Shown here in pieces: positions 10,709 through 22,200 of a stretch of DNA of 64,000 nucleotides. Each line of letters opens with the position of its first letter. The first letter of the stretch is position 1. The position numbers and the translations under genes are program-made. The notes beneath the pieces are model-generated. The model was not told the origin of the DNA and made no database searches. It saw only the letters and a list, made by a program, of their open reading frames with translations. Origin of the DNA: Candidatus Cloacimonadales bacterium (lineage in GTDB: Bacteria > Cloacimonadota > Cloacimonadia > Cloacimonadales > JAIOQZ01); NCBI GenBank assembly GCA_963662655.2, contig CAXXTU010000002.1, positions 2,368,001 through 2,432,000 of the forward strand, in the 5' to 3' direction.

Positions 10709-11039
10709 GAAAAATTTTCATGCCGTATACTGCATGGGATGTATCTTGTTGTTTATGAGCAGAATAGGATGATATAAAATCTTATATAAGGGCTGATTTT
10801 ATGGGAAAAATAATGTTTGATTCCCGGAATATGTCGACCATTTCTCCGATTCTGAGTTCAAAAAGGAAAGGGGATCGTGTGAACGATCCCCCAAAATTTG
10901 AATATGCCGGCGGCTCAATGTGTAGTATAATCCAAGCGCATTATTTGCATGAAAACAGATGAAGCACAGTGTTTGAATCAGCAAATCAAAAGAATCAGAT
11001 TATGTTACCTGCCTCCTTACGTAACAAACCAGGCGAGCC

Positions 11040-11312
11040 TCACTCAGCGGTTTCAAATTCCTCGATTACTCTTCCTTCAATGAAGAGCTTTTTAGGACGT
11101 GCCGGCATTCCGGTTTTCTTGATCTTGTCGCTATCGCCCTCTTCGACATGGCGCCAGATTTCCCACTGTTCCCCATCGCCATCGATGCAGAAAGTAACGC
11201 CTTTCCGCGTAAAGTCATCGATGATGAATTGAATGGAATCGAGCGGCTCTGCTTTCGTTACCGGGATGCAGAAATTCTTTTTGTCATAACAAAACCTCGA
11301 ATTCTTTTTCAT
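11040..11312 (-). CDS. Hypothetical protein (90 aa)
   Basis: GGAGGT RBS; last gene of the mreB-rodA run. Confidence 0.75.
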   Translation of the reverse strand: MKKNSRFCYDKKNFCIPVTKAEPLDSIQFIIDDFTRKGVTFCIDGDGEQWEIWRHVEEGDSDKIKKTGMPARPKKLFIEGRVIEEFETAE

Positions 11313-11324
11313 ATCACCTCCAGT

Positions 11325-11924
11325 TCATTCGTTAAATCGGAAAACCTGATAGCTACATACATCATCGACCCAGATCAGCCTGTCGGAGGTCGAGTTGATC
11401 GTTATAATAATTCTCGCAAATCGAGCGTAATTGTTGTAAACAGCCGAGCTGAACTCGACCTTCTGCCACTGATTGTCGATCGTGACATCGTGAATGTCCT
11501 GCTCCAGCTTCTTTCCATTTTCGTCAAAAACGATGAAGAAACACTCGATTCTATCGTCCGTGTCTCTGCTGGCACGCATTTGAAGCTTGTTGTAGTATGC
11601 GGTGAAGGGTTCGATTGGGAACGATTCGGAAATCAGGCTGACGGTATTCTTCTCTCCCTTGATTTTAATGCAGCGGGAGCCCTCAGCAGCGCCGGTGTCC
11701 ATCCAGTTGACTTCGGAGAGGCTCTGGTCACTACGCATAACCATCCAGTCGGCCGGTAAGGAATTGGGGTTATAAACGCCATAGACTCCGTTTTCGAAGC
11801 CGCCGTTGATCACGACGTTCTCTTTGCCTTCTGCGTCGGCTTCCGTAAAATTGAGCGTCGAGCCAAAGAAACATCCCGCCAGTAGCGAAACGGCACATAG
11901 TAGAACGATCAGGTTCTTCTTCAT
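11325..11924 (-). CDS. Lipoprotein with galactose-binding/CBM-like beta-sandwich domain
   Basis: Lipobox LAGC, 'NVVINGGFENG...W', 'IWVDDV'; GAGGAG RBS. Confidence 0.7.
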   Translation of the reverse strand: MKKNLIVLLCAVSLLAGCFFGSTLNFTEADAEGKENVVINGGFENGVYGVYNPNSLPADWMVMRSDQSLSEVNWMDTGAAEGSRCIKIKGEKNTVSLISESFPIEPFTAYYNKLQMRASRDTDDRIECFFIVFDENGKKLEQDIHDVTIDNQWQKVEFSSAVYNNYARFARIIITINSTSDRLIWVDDVCSYQVFRFNE

Positions 11925-11936
11925 CTACTCCCTCTT

Positions 11937-13142
11937 TTAAACCGTAAATACTCTTTCACCTGAAAACTTCAGAAAAAGCCCTATTCCCACTGAATTCACC
12001 AGCAGGCTGGACCCCCCGTAACTGATAAACGGTAATGGGATCCCCGTCGTGGGAAACAATCCCATATTCATACCTATATTGATAAAAATCTGGAAAAACA
12101 AATACGCCATGATGCCATAGCACGCGATCCGGTACTGCTTTCGCTTGATTCTTCCGGCCAGCGCCGCCATCCTGACCAGCAGCCAGACAAACAGCAGGAT
12201 CAGGATCATCGATCCGGCAAAGCCAAACTCCTCGCCAAGGACGGAGAACACGAAGTCCGTGTGTTTCTCGGGAAGGAATTCGAGGCTCTTCTGGGTGCCC
12301 ATCAGAAATCCCTTTCCGGTTATTCCGCCAGAGCCGATGGCGATCTTCGCCTGGATGATCTGATATCCGGCTCCGAGGGGATCGCGCGATGGATCGAGGA
12401 ACGTGAGAATCCGGGCTTGCTGATAGGCTTTGAGCCCGTTCCAGATCAATGGCATGATCATGTAAATGAAAACGTTCAACGCAATCACGATTCCCGTGTA
12501 AGGGATCGAGAACCTCTGCCGGTATAACACGAATAGAAGAATGAGAAGGAACACGATAAACAAGACGACGTTGATTCGGGTTATCAGCGTTATAACCGGG
12601 CTCACCATCAAAAGGAGATAAACCGGCGGAATACCGGCTGTATACAATACGATGAGCAGCGAGAACCAAAAAACCAGCGATGTTCCCAGATCTGGTTCGA
12701 GAAGCACGAGTATGGCTGGAATTCCAAAACCGGTCAATGATCTGAGAAACGTCTTCCATTCACTCATCCAGGGCTTGGCCAGGTGACGGGCCACAAAGAG
12801 CACCGTCGCCAGCTTGGCGATCTCGGAAGCCTGTATCTTGAAAAAACCAAATGAAATCCACCGATGAGAACCTGCTGTTGCAGGGAGGAACAAAACCACC
12901 GCAAGCATCAGGAGCGAAACGGCGTAAACCGGATCGATCAGCAAATCGATAATCTGGCTGGGGACTCTCAGAATGACGAAAACCGCCAGTATGGAAACCG
13001 CAATCCAGATGATCTGACGAATATAGAAATTCTGCACATGAACTTCATCCCCAATGCGTGTGGAAGCGGCAGAATAAATCATAAAAACGCCGACGATCAT
13101 CAAGATCAGCCAGATAGCCAGAAGCTGATAGTCCAATTTCAT
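11937..13142 (-). CDS. rodA: Rod shape-determining protein RodA (SEDS glycosyltransferase)
   Basis: 'EPDLGT', 'GYQIIQAKIAIGSGG', 'LPEKHTDFVF', 'PFISYGGSS'; downstream of the PBP2 gene. Confidence 0.95.
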   Translation of the reverse strand: MKLDYQLLAIWLILMIVGVFMIYSAASTRIGDEVHVQNFYIRQIIWIAVSILAVFVILRVPSQIIDLLIDPVYAVSLLMLAVVLFLPATAGSHRWISFGFFKIQASEIAKLATVLFVARHLAKPWMSEWKTFLRSLTGFGIPAILVLLEPDLGTSLVFWFSLLIVLYTAGIPPVYLLLMVSPVITLITRINVVLFIVFLLILLFVLYRQRFSIPYTGIVIALNVFIYMIMPLIWNGLKAYQQARILTFLDPSRDPLGAGYQIIQAKIAIGSGGITGKGFLMGTQKSLEFLPEKHTDFVFSVLGEEFGFAGSMILILLFVWLLVRMAALAGRIKRKQYRIACYGIMAYLFFQIFINIGMNMGLFPTTGIPLPFISYGGSSLLVNSVGIGLFLKFSGERVFTV

Positions 13143-13273
13143 GCTTTCTTCATTATCTCCTTCCTGAAAAAAAGTTGTCAAGTGTAAGTTCTGATATTTT
13201 CACCTTCAAACTTTATTCTCCGCACTTTCAACCAGGCAATCATGCCTTGTTTCCATAGGTTATCTCTAACAAA

Positions 13274-15049
13274 TCACTCCGATCTGTTATGATACTTTTC
13301 GTGGTAATATTCAATGATCTTCCCCGCGATGGGCGCGGCGACACTCCCCCCGTGCCCCGCATTTTCCAGAAACACCACAATTGCGATTTCCGGTTCGTCC
13401 CACTCGGCCCAGCCTGCGAACCATGCGTGGGTCATTTTCCCCAGATGATTCTCCGCGGATCCGGTTTTCCCATATACTTTCGCCACGGGATGGCTCGCGG
13501 TCTTACCCGTTCCCGTGGGGTGATTCACCACCTTGTACAACGCCGAACGGATAATCGACTTGGTGTCCTCGGACATCGGCAGGGACTTCTCAGCCGGCTT
13601 CACCCTGTAGCGTTCCGCGTCTTCGCCGATGAAGCGCTTCAGCAGGTGCGGTTGCCTCCATATACCGTCATTGGCAAGGGCTGCGTAGTAACAGCACGTC
13701 TGAAGCGGCGAACACAGGATTTCCCCCTGCCCGATGCTCAGATTCACCTTCATACCCTTTATGCTGACGTATTTTCCGTAATTGCTGACGTACCACTCTT
13801 CCGAAGGGAAAAACCCATCCCGCTCCTGCCCGATATCGATACCCGTGCGCGATACCAGATGATTATCGATGGTGTATTGCCGGAGATCGTCAAGGTCGAG
13901 GCGATCGGACAGGTCATAGAAATAGACGTCGCAGGACTGCGCAATCGCATCGACGACGTTCAGCCGGCCGTGCCCCCATTCGTTCCAGCAGCGAAAATAG
14001 CGCCTTCCCACCCAGTAGCCTCCATCGCAGAAAGCGAGCTTCTCGTCCGGTTGCACCACTTCCCGGTCCAGCGCAAGAGACGCCACCAGCGGTTTGTAAA
14101 CCGAGCCCGGGGGGTACGTTCCGTGAATGATGCGATCCATCAGCGGTCGGCCCGGGTCGTTGATCAGGGCGTTCCATTCGTCCGCGCTGATCCTCTTCAT
14201 GAAGATGTTGGGATCGTACTCGGGGTAGCTGATGTATGACAGGACGTCGCCATTGCGGACATCCATCACGACGACCGCGGCCCGGGAATCCTGCGGAAGC
14301 GCGTCGTTGATCGCTTTTTGCAGCTCCGTATCGATCGTCAGGATCATCTGCAAGCCGGGGAGAGGGTCCCGCTCGAGGTTATGCGTGAGGAAATTCAGGT
14401 TCCTTCCCCTGGCATCGACCTGGAGCACGCGGTATCCCGGGTAACCGCGCAGCACGGGCTCGTATTGCTTCTCGATACCGTTCTTCCCGATGTAATCATC
14501 CATGTAGTAGTCTTGATCTTTCAGGTTCTGATACTCTTTATCGCCAATCTTCCCCATGTAACCGGAGAAATGGTTGTCGAGCATGTATTTTCTCGAGTTC
14601 TCCGTCCTGAAGAGGAGAGAGGGGTAGTAGTTCAGAAACTCGGATGCGCAGATGAAATCGTCGTACTCGATGTTCTTCACCAGCGGGATTTCGTGATAGG
14701 TGCGGAAGCGGTTGTTATAAATGATATCGAGCACATTTGCACGCGAGATATCGAAGCGGCTGGAGACGAAATCCGCCAGCAGCTCCTTGTTCTTGATCTT
14801 GCCCGGAATGAACATCAGATTGATGGATGGCTCGTTCAGAACCAGGGGGCGGTAATCGCGATCGAAGATTTCACCCCGTGTCGGAGGCGTTCGTATCAGG
14901 CGGACATAGTTGTTTTCCGCGATCTGCGCGAACACTTCGCCCTGAAAAATCTGGTACCGGGCAAGGTTGAGCAGCAGAACGAAGAACGCCAGCAGGATGC
15001 TCAGCTGGAAGACGCGAGTCGTAACCTTGTCACTCTTCGTCTCGGACAT
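13274..15049 (-). CDS. mrdA: Penicillin-binding protein 2
   Basis: 'PTRGEIFDR', SxxK 'PGSVYK', 'QSCDVYFY', KTG 'YGKTGSA'; follows mreD. Confidence 0.95.
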   Translation of the reverse strand: MSETKSDKVTTRVFQLSILLAFFVLLLNLARYQIFQGEVFAQIAENNYVRLIRTPPTRGEIFDRDYRPLVLNEPSINLMFIPGKIKNKELLADFVSSRFDISRANVLDIIYNNRFRTYHEIPLVKNIEYDDFICASEFLNYYPSLLFRTENSRKYMLDNHFSGYMGKIGDKEYQNLKDQDYYMDDYIGKNGIEKQYEPVLRGYPGYRVLQVDARGRNLNFLTHNLERDPLPGLQMILTIDTELQKAINDALPQDSRAAVVVMDVRNGDVLSYISYPEYDPNIFMKRISADEWNALINDPGRPLMDRIIHGTYPPGSVYKPLVASLALDREVVQPDEKLAFCDGGYWVGRRYFRCWNEWGHGRLNVVDAIAQSCDVYFYDLSDRLDLDDLRQYTIDNHLVSRTGIDIGQERDGFFPSEEWYVSNYGKYVSIKGMKVNLSIGQGEILCSPLQTCCYYAALANDGIWRQPHLLKRFIGEDAERYRVKPAEKSLPMSEDTKSIIRSALYKVVNHPTGTGKTASHPVAKVYGKTGSAENHLGKMTHAWFAGWAEWDEPEIAIVVFLENAGHGGSVAAPIAGKIIEYYHEKYHNRSE

Positions 15050-15524
15050 AGAAACCCAGCCGGCTGAAAAATGCAAGAACCGAAACAATCACGAACGATA
15101 TGACGGAGTTGTAAATCAGGCTCAACGGAAACTTGAGCACGAGGAAACCAAAATCATGATACGCCACCAACTGATACAGCGAGAACAGAACGAAGAAGAC
15201 CAGGTTCATCAGAAGCACACCCAGCGCTACATAGGCCGGCTTCTCCTTGTTCAGGAGCGGATGGTAAACATTGACGAGTGCGGCGATGAGCACCAGCGCC
15301 ATGCTTCCAAGGCCCAAATGATAGGGATAGGTCAGATCGAAGGCGAGCCCGAACAGAAACGCGATAACAACGGAAGCGTTGAGCGATATGCGCGTGGACA
15401 TGAAGATAATGTAGCCCAGGAGGAGGTTCGGAACGACTCCCGCGATGGACAGGGAATCTCCCATCAGCATTTGCGCATACAGAAACACGATTCCGAGAAA
15501 GTAGTATCCCACCGCTTTCATCAT
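15030..15524 (-). CDS. mreD: Rod shape-determining protein MreD
   Basis: Hydrophobic 164-aa protein with 'VVPNL' and 'FGLAFDL'; between mreC and mrdA. Confidence 0.88.
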   Translation of the reverse strand: MMKAVGYYFLGIVFLYAQMLMGDSLSIAGVVPNLLLGYIIFMSTRISLNASVVIAFLFGLAFDLTYPYHLGLGSMALVLIAALVNVYHPLLNKEKPAYVALGVLLMNLVFFVLFSLYQLVAYHDFGFLVLKFPLSLIYNSVISFVIVSVLAFFSRLGFYVRDEE

Positions 15525-16312
15525 TGCCCCCGGCTCTCGTCCTCGATCAGGTCGTCGAAGTCGCTATCGCGTTTGTACAGCAGGACAATCACCTGCTCCA
15601 TGCTGGAGATATTCACGAAGGTCGACAATTCGGCTTTCTGATAACCCTCGCCGGGGATTTTCACGACCTTGCTGACGAAGCCCACGGGAAACCCGCGCGG
15701 GAAAATTCGGGAAAGATTCGACGTGATGATCGTATCGCCTACCGCGATAGCCGCGTCGGATGGAATCATCGACATGAACACCTTGCCCGATGCGCTCGAC
15801 TCGAGAAGGCCCTGCACACGCGTCTTGCGATCCAGAACGCCAAGCTTGAACTCGGGGTGCTGCACGGGAAGAATCACGCTGTGGTTCGCGGCGGTCAGGA
15901 TGATCTTTCCCACAACGCCGTTGCTGCATATCACCGGGTTATTGACTTCGATACCGGACAGATACCCCTGATCGATAATGATATTCCGGTTGCCGAACTC
16001 GCCGTGGAAGCCGACCAGGTTTGCCACCACGTAATTGATATCCGTTGCGGCATCCGGGATTTCCTGAAGCGTGAGGAGCTGCTCTTCAAGCGATCGGAGG
16101 CGAAGCTGTAGTTGCGCATTGTGTTGAAAAAGGGACAAATTCTGCTTCTTGAGCATGGATATGCCATCTAATATTTTAATGGATTGGATGAAAGGATAAT
16201 AGACTGTTTTTCCGATGGAATCCGCTCTGTGAATCCTCGCCTGGCGATCTCCAAGAAAGAGTGCGATCGAAACCACCAGCAAGACAACCGTGAGAGCGTA
16301 TTTTCTGATCAA
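15521..16312 (-). CDS. mreC: Rod shape-determining protein MreC
   Basis: N-terminal TM plus coiled coil, 'GVVGKI', 'GDTIITS...IFPRGFPVG'. Confidence 0.92.
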   Translation of the reverse strand: MIRKYALTVVLLVVSIALFLGDRQARIHRADSIGKTVYYPFIQSIKILDGISMLKKQNLSLFQHNAQLQLRLRSLEEQLLTLQEIPDAATDINYVVANLVGFHGEFGNRNIIIDQGYLSGIEVNNPVICSNGVVGKIILTAANHSVILPVQHPEFKLGVLDRKTRVQGLLESSASGKVFMSMIPSDAAIAVGDTIITSNLSRIFPRGFPVGFVSKVVKIPGEGYQKAELSTFVNISSMEQVIVLLYKRDSDFDDLIEDESRGQ

Positions 16313-16335
16313 TTTGTCACCTTGCCCGGCGAAGG

Positions 16336-17373
16336 TCAGTCATCGATTTTCTTGATGAGAACCTCGCGGAATTTTTCGAGATTGTCCAGAATGTTACCGC
16401 TGCCCTTTACGACGCATGTAAGCGCTTCGGGGAACACGTGAACCGGAAGATTCACCGTATCGCTGATGCGTTTGTCGAGACCCTTCAGCCTCGCTCCGCC
16501 GCCGGTCAGGACGATGCCGCGCTCGGCGATGTCCGCAGCTAGTTCCGGAGCGGTTTTCTCGAAGAGACGCTTGACGGCGTCGATCATCGAATCGACCGTC
16601 TCGGCGATCGCGTCGCGGATTTCTTCCGATGTAACCTCCACGGTGATGGGGTATCCCGTGATGATGTCCCGACCGCGGACTTCCATCTTCAATTCGTCCT
16701 CGAGCGGTACAGCCGAACCGATTTCCATCTTGATGCGCTCAGCTGTTTGGATACCGACGAAAATGTTGTTCTTCTTGCGAAGGTAATTTACGATGTCCAT
16801 GTCCATCTTGTCGCCACCAAGACGAATCGAGCTGTGCACGACGATATGGGAAAGCGAGATCACGGCGATTTCCGTGGTTCCACCGCCGATATCCATCACC
16901 AGATTACCGAACGGGCGATGGATGGGGAGGTCAGCGCCGATCGCTGCCGCGATGGGTTCCGATACCAGATGAACCTCACGGGCTCCGGCATGGAGGGCGC
17001 TATCGCGCACGGCACGTTTTTCCACTTCTGTAATACCGGAAGGCACGCAGACAATCACGCGCGGTTTGATCAGGAGGCGCTTGCGCTGCGCGCGGAGAAT
17101 CAAATCCCGAAGCATGATCTCCGTGATATGGAAATCGGCAATCACGCCATCTTTGAGCGGCTTGATCACCTTGACTTCATCGGGATTTTTTCCCAGCATT
17201 TCTTTCGCTTTCGCGCCAACTTCGAGCACCTTTTTCGTGTCGGTGGAAAGGGCGACAACGGATGGTTCGTTGATGACGATACCAGCGCCTTTACGGTACA
17301 CAAGTGTATTCGCCGTACCGAGATCGATCGCTATATCATTGGACAGAAGCCCAAAAAACTGATTCCAGAACAT
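16336..17373 (-). CDS. mreB: Actin-like rod shape-determining protein MreB
   Basis: 'IAIDLGTANTL', 'EPSVVA', 'DIGGGTTE', 'LTGGGA'. Confidence 0.98.
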   Translation of the reverse strand: MFWNQFFGLLSNDIAIDLGTANTLVYRKGAGIVINEPSVVALSTDTKKVLEVGAKAKEMLGKNPDEVKVIKPLKDGVIADFHITEIMLRDLILRAQRKRLLIKPRVIVCVPSGITEVEKRAVRDSALHAGAREVHLVSEPIAAAIGADLPIHRPFGNLVMDIGGGTTEIAVISLSHIVVHSSIRLGGDKMDMDIVNYLRKKNNIFVGIQTAERIKMEIGSAVPLEDELKMEVRGRDIITGYPITVEVTSEEIRDAIAETVDSMIDAVKRLFEKTAPELAADIAERGIVLTGGGARLKGLDKRISDTVNLPVHVFPEALTCVVKGSGNILDNLEKFREVLIKKIDD

Positions 17374-17635
17374 GTTACCTCCAGGAGATTACAACCTTGC
17401 AGGTTCGCTTTATATCAAAAACGAAATAGAATTAAAACCGTCAAGGAAAAACATATACTGAAACGCCCGTGTTTGGAATGAACCTTGTGATCAAACCGGC
17501 CTGATCAGGATATCTCCCGCGCATCTACCAATTCAGCGAGAGCCCCGCATGCTAACGTTTGAAAAAACTCTTTACCTTTGGAGACGGCAATTGATAATCT
17601 GGTATGGATGCTAAATCGTTAGCGAAGGATCGAAT

Positions 17636-18340
17636 ATGAACGCGAAAATTATCAATATACTCCTGACGATCGCCATCGTATTGACAATTACTAACTGCGG
17701 CGGCTCCGATGGAAACAAAGAAGGTGAGGACATGACCAAACTGCATCAACTTAAGACACCGATATTCTGGGCGGAAGGGCACCCGGGCGAACTGAATCGT
17801 GAAAATTGGAAGGTGGAAATTACCGGGCTTTGCGAGACTCCGACCACTTTCACATGGAACGAACTGACCGGGCTCCCCAAGACGATCGCCGACGCGCGTT
17901 TGACCAGCGTGACCAAATGGTCGGTGCGGGGCGATTGGGGCGGCGTGAAGCTTTCCGACCTTTTCGAGCTCGTGAAGCCGAAGGACAACGTGAGATACGT
18001 TCGTTTCTGGTCGGTAGGCCTCGATTACGACACCAGCATTCCGCTTGACATCGCCATGAAGGAGCGCACGCTGCTGGCGTGGGAGTTCGACGGCGAGTAC
18101 CTCGACGAAGACTACGGCGGACCCATGCGCATTTTCTGCCCCTACCTGTGGGGCTACAAATCGGCAAAAAGCGTCGTGAAGATCGAGCTGATGGACCACT
18201 ACGAGCCAGGCTTCTGGGAGCTGCGAGGTTATACGGATTCCGGGGAAATTGTCCCGAGCAAGGTGCGCGACATCAATGAAGGCGGCAAGGTGAAAACCAT
18301 CCCCGGTGGGGAAGTTAAGGGGTTTCTCGAAGACCGATAA
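17636..18340 (+). CDS. Molybdopterin-dependent oxidoreductase-like protein (sulfite oxidase/MsrP-YuiH superfamily)
   Basis: 'W..EITG', 'VTKWS....WGGV.L', 'LLAW..DGE.L...YGGP.R', 'GYKSAK', 'GFWELRGY'. Alternative start ATG 17732 has a GAGGA RBS. Confidence 0.8.
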   Translation: MNAKIINILLTIAIVLTITNCGGSDGNKEGEDMTKLHQLKTPIFWAEGHPGELNRENWKVEITGLCETPTTFTWNELTGLPKTIADARLTSVTKWSVRGDWGGVKLSDLFELVKPKDNVRYVRFWSVGLDYDTSIPLDIAMKERTLLAWEFDGEYLDEDYGGPMRIFCPYLWGYKSAKSVVKIELMDHYEPGFWELRGYTDSGEIVPSKVRDINEGGKVKTIPGGEVKGFLEDR

Positions 18341-18504
18341 TCGGTAATTTCTCTGAGAAACAGGCTGTAAAGTTTTTTTGGAATTTTTCTCGAAATTTTT
18401 CGTCGAAATTGATATTTGGGGTCACCTCCGCGTAGATTTTCTTGACATTATGAAAAACTTAAGGCAAAATGAATTTAATAATCATCTTCTCAAAAGGAGG
18501 CAAT

Positions 18505-19050
18505 ATGAGAACGATAGCGAAAATCGCCGCAATCATCATGATCGTTAGCTTGCTCGCTGCATGCGGTGGTGGCGGCCCAAAAGAAGCGAAGAGTGTGCAG
18601 AAAGTATATTTTCCTGAGTGGTGGCGCGTCCAGGACAGCCCCGAACATGTCAACACGTTCGGAACAGCCATAAAGGTTTCACAAACAATGTCTTATGACG
18701 CAGCATACTCGAACGCGATGAACGAAGCTGCCCAGTATGTGGAAGCCAAAGTCAAAGGCATGGTGAAGAACTTCGAACAGGAATCCGGCGTTGAGAATCC
18801 AGAACTTCTGGCGCTCTCGAGCAAGGTCGTGAAAGTCGTTTCCGAAGCAAAATTCTCTAACGCACTCGTGACAAAACAAGAAACCATCAGTCTCGAGAAC
18901 GGTCGTTTCCAAACCTATGTTCGCGTAGCGATTCCGCAGAAGACGATCAACAAGAACCTGGTTGATAATATCCGCAACGAAGAAGCGCTGTACAACGAAT
19001 TCAAAGCCTCTCAGGCTTTCAAGGAATTGGACGCAGAACTCGGGAATTAA
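18505..19050 (+). CDS. LPP20-like lipoprotein
   Basis: AGGAGG RBS, lipobox LAAC, 'PEWW', helical 'AYSNAMNEAAQYVEAKV'. Confidence 0.7.
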   Translation: MRTIAKIAAIIMIVSLLAACGGGGPKEAKSVQKVYFPEWWRVQDSPEHVNTFGTAIKVSQTMSYDAAYSNAMNEAAQYVEAKVKGMVKNFEQESGVENPELLALSSKVVKVVSEAKFSNALVTKQETISLENGRFQTYVRVAIPQKTINKNLVDNIRNEEALYNEFKASQAFKELDAELGN

Positions 19051-19070
19051 TCAAGACCGATTTTTTAGAG

Positions 19071-19103
19071 AAAGCCTGTGAATGGAAGTTTGCAGGCTTT
19101 TTT
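19071..19103 (+). terminator. Intrinsic terminator
   Basis: AAAGCCTGTGAA...TTTGCAGGCTTT followed by a T-run, after the lipoprotein gene. Confidence 0.7.
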
Positions 19104-19237
19104 CTGCATCAAATCCCGAAGAGTACCCATCCATTCGGCATCCTTTCAGCTTCAAGTAGTTTCGCATTAACAATCCAGATTGCCCTCCTGAAAAGATTGA
19201 CATCTTCCTCGAAATATGCGGTAAAGGTACTATCACG

Positions 19238-22200
19238 ATGGGGGAACTACGCATGATCCGTCACATACCGCCGTTCATTCTCCAGAACCACGAACAGAAT
19301 GCCTATTCTGGCAGCTTCAAGGGCTTCGCGCTGCTTTTCGACATCGCCGATTTCACGAAAATCGGGACATCGCTTCAGAAACAGGGCAAGAAGGGCGCCG
19401 AAGAGCTTAGCCGCTTTCTGGAAGAGGTTTTTCAGGCGCCGATTTCAGCGTGCGAGCGAAACGGCGGCTTCGTCAGCGTGTTTGCCGGCGACGCGGTGTG
19501 CGTGCTGTTTCCGGGTGGGAAACCGCAGAACGTGCTGCGTGCGGTGGTCGATATCCGCGATCATTTCAGGGATCACAACCGCTTCGAGACCGCATTCGGC
19601 AGCTTCGACGTGAAGGTTCGCCTGACGATCGTCACTGGCGAAATCCGCTGGAAAATATTCATCAACGACACCCAGAACGAGTACGTCTTCTTCGGGGAAA
19701 CCATCCGCGAGATGGCGGAACTTTCGGGCATGAAGGTCGACGTGATATTCTCCGACGATGCAGGAAAAGCTCTCGGCGAGGAGCATCTGGAAAGGCTCAC
19801 GACCGGCTACCGACTGATGGATAATCCCGTCGAAATCAATTGCAAACCTCGACCGCTCAGCTACGAGTATTCGCCCAAAACCATCGAAAGCTTTGTCCGC
19901 GCCTCCATCCGCAACGAGAGCCCCACGAGCGAGATACGCTCCGCCGCGTACTGCTTCGCCAATCTGGAAGGTGTTCCGGCTGACCGGCGCGAGAACGCCA
20001 TCGCCGCCATCGCACGTTTCGCCAATACCTACGGTGGCTTCGTCAACAAGCTTGACGCCACGGACAAGGGCCTGATCGCCATCCTTTTGTTCGGTCTGCC
20101 CAAAACGGAGGGAAAGACCCTCGAGCGGATATGCAGCTTCTCGCTGGAGGTAACTGCGCAAGTCTCGGGAATCGCGCTGGGAATCAGCTGCGGATCGGTT
20201 TTCGCCGGGTACACCGGCAACGGCGACACGAAGGAATATACCGCGCTCGGACACCCTATCAACCTTGCCGCAAGGCTCATGAGCAAGGCAAAGGCGGGAG
20301 AAGTCCTGACCGACCACTATTTGCAGAAAGAATTGCGCAAGACCTTTGACTTTGAGTCCATAGGCGAGATCAATCTGAAGGGCATCTCGTTTCCGATCCA
20401 ACATTTTCGGCTACTCGCAAGAACCACGCAGAAGCATACGCAGTATGCATCGGAGTTCGTCGGGCGGGAAACGGAGTCAGCACAGATCAAGGTTCTGATC
20501 GATCGAAATCACAAAGAAAAATCCAACCTCGCTTGTTACGTCGTGGGCGACGCCGGCGTTGGTAAATCGCGCCTGATCGGCGAGATCATGCACGCATTCG
20601 AGAACGACGATTTCCACGTCTTCCACCTGCACTGCGACGCCATTCTGCAGAAATCGTTGGAGGTGATCAGGCAGCTGCTTCGGCGCTACTTCCATTTCGA
20701 TCCGACCATCGGAAAATCCCGCGGGATCGAGTCTTTCAGGTCACAATGGGCATCCTTGGCCGATGACGACGCCGAGCTTGAGCGTATCGAGTCGATCGTT
20801 GCTTCGATGTTGGGCTACGAGTGGGAAGACTCGGTTTGGAGCGTGCTTCCAAGCAACGAAAAGCCCGTCCAGCTCAAGAACGCTTTTTCTCGCTTCATGC
20901 AGAAAATCGCCGGTCAAAAACCCGTCCTGATCCACCTCGACGACCCGCAGTGGATCGACGACAGCAGCAAGGAATATCTTCAGCACGTCGGCGAGAAGCG
21001 GATAGCGCCCATCGTCCTTCTTTGCGCCTGCCGCTACACGGAGGACGGCAAGATACCCGACCTGGATATCCCCAACCACGCATCCGAAACAATAGCGCTC
21101 TCCTCGCTCGACATCGCAGGCAGCCGCAACCTGATCGCGTCGATCCTCGGTCTGAACACAGTCCCCGAAGCGACGGTGGAAGCGATCGACCGCAAGGCAT
21201 CGGGTAATCCCTTCTTCATCGAACAACTCGTCGCCTGGCTTCAGGAAAACGACCGCTTCGACGCATCGGGCGGCCTCACGCAGGCAATCGACATGAGCGT
21301 GACGTTTAGCATCTCGGACGTGATCGGCAGTCGCGTCGATCGTCTCGCCGAGGCGGTTAGAGAATGCGTTTATCACGCGTCGGTTCTAGGCATGGAGTTC
21401 GATGTGCAGGTGCTCTCGAAGATGCTGAATCGAGAGGCACAACCTGCACTCGACGACGGGATGCGAAACCGCATCTGGAATATCCTGAACGAAATCCGCT
21501 ACATCTTCAGCCACATCCTCATCCGCGATATCGTATATCAGCGCATGATGAGCGAGCGGCTTCGTGAGCTGCACAAGATCGCCGCCGAAGCGATGGGAAC
21601 CGTCTACAAGGACAACGAGGATGCACTGAACGAATATGCGGAGGAAATCGCTGGGCATTATCTTGCGTGTGGCAACGAGATCAAAGCGGCGGATTTCTAT
21701 CACAGATCGGGAACCTGGCATGGTGACAACTACCGGTTGAAACTTGGGGAGGCGATTCTTACAAAGGCAGCGGAAATCAGGGAAAGGATATTGGGAGAAG
21801 ATCACCCAGCAACGGCAGATTCAAAAAGCAATCTTGCTGTTTTATGCGAGAAACAGGGGAAATTTACGAAAGCGGAATCGCTTCATTTGCGTTCTCTGGC
21901 GATTCGTGAGAAAGTTCTGGGACTGGAGCACCCGGACACGGCTTCTGCATACAACAATCTGGCAGCGCAATTTGAGAAACAAGGCAGATTTTTGGAGGGA
22001 ACTTCGATGCATTTGAAAGCGCTGGCGATACGAGAGAGCAAACTTGGTCCAGAGCACCCCCTAACCGCTGACTCGCTGAACAATCTGGCCATTATTTACA
22101 CTGATCAGGGCATATTTGATAAGGCGGAACCCCTGCATCTACGATCGTTGGCAATACGAGAGAAGGTGCTTGGCGCTGGACACCCGGCAACGGCTTCGTC

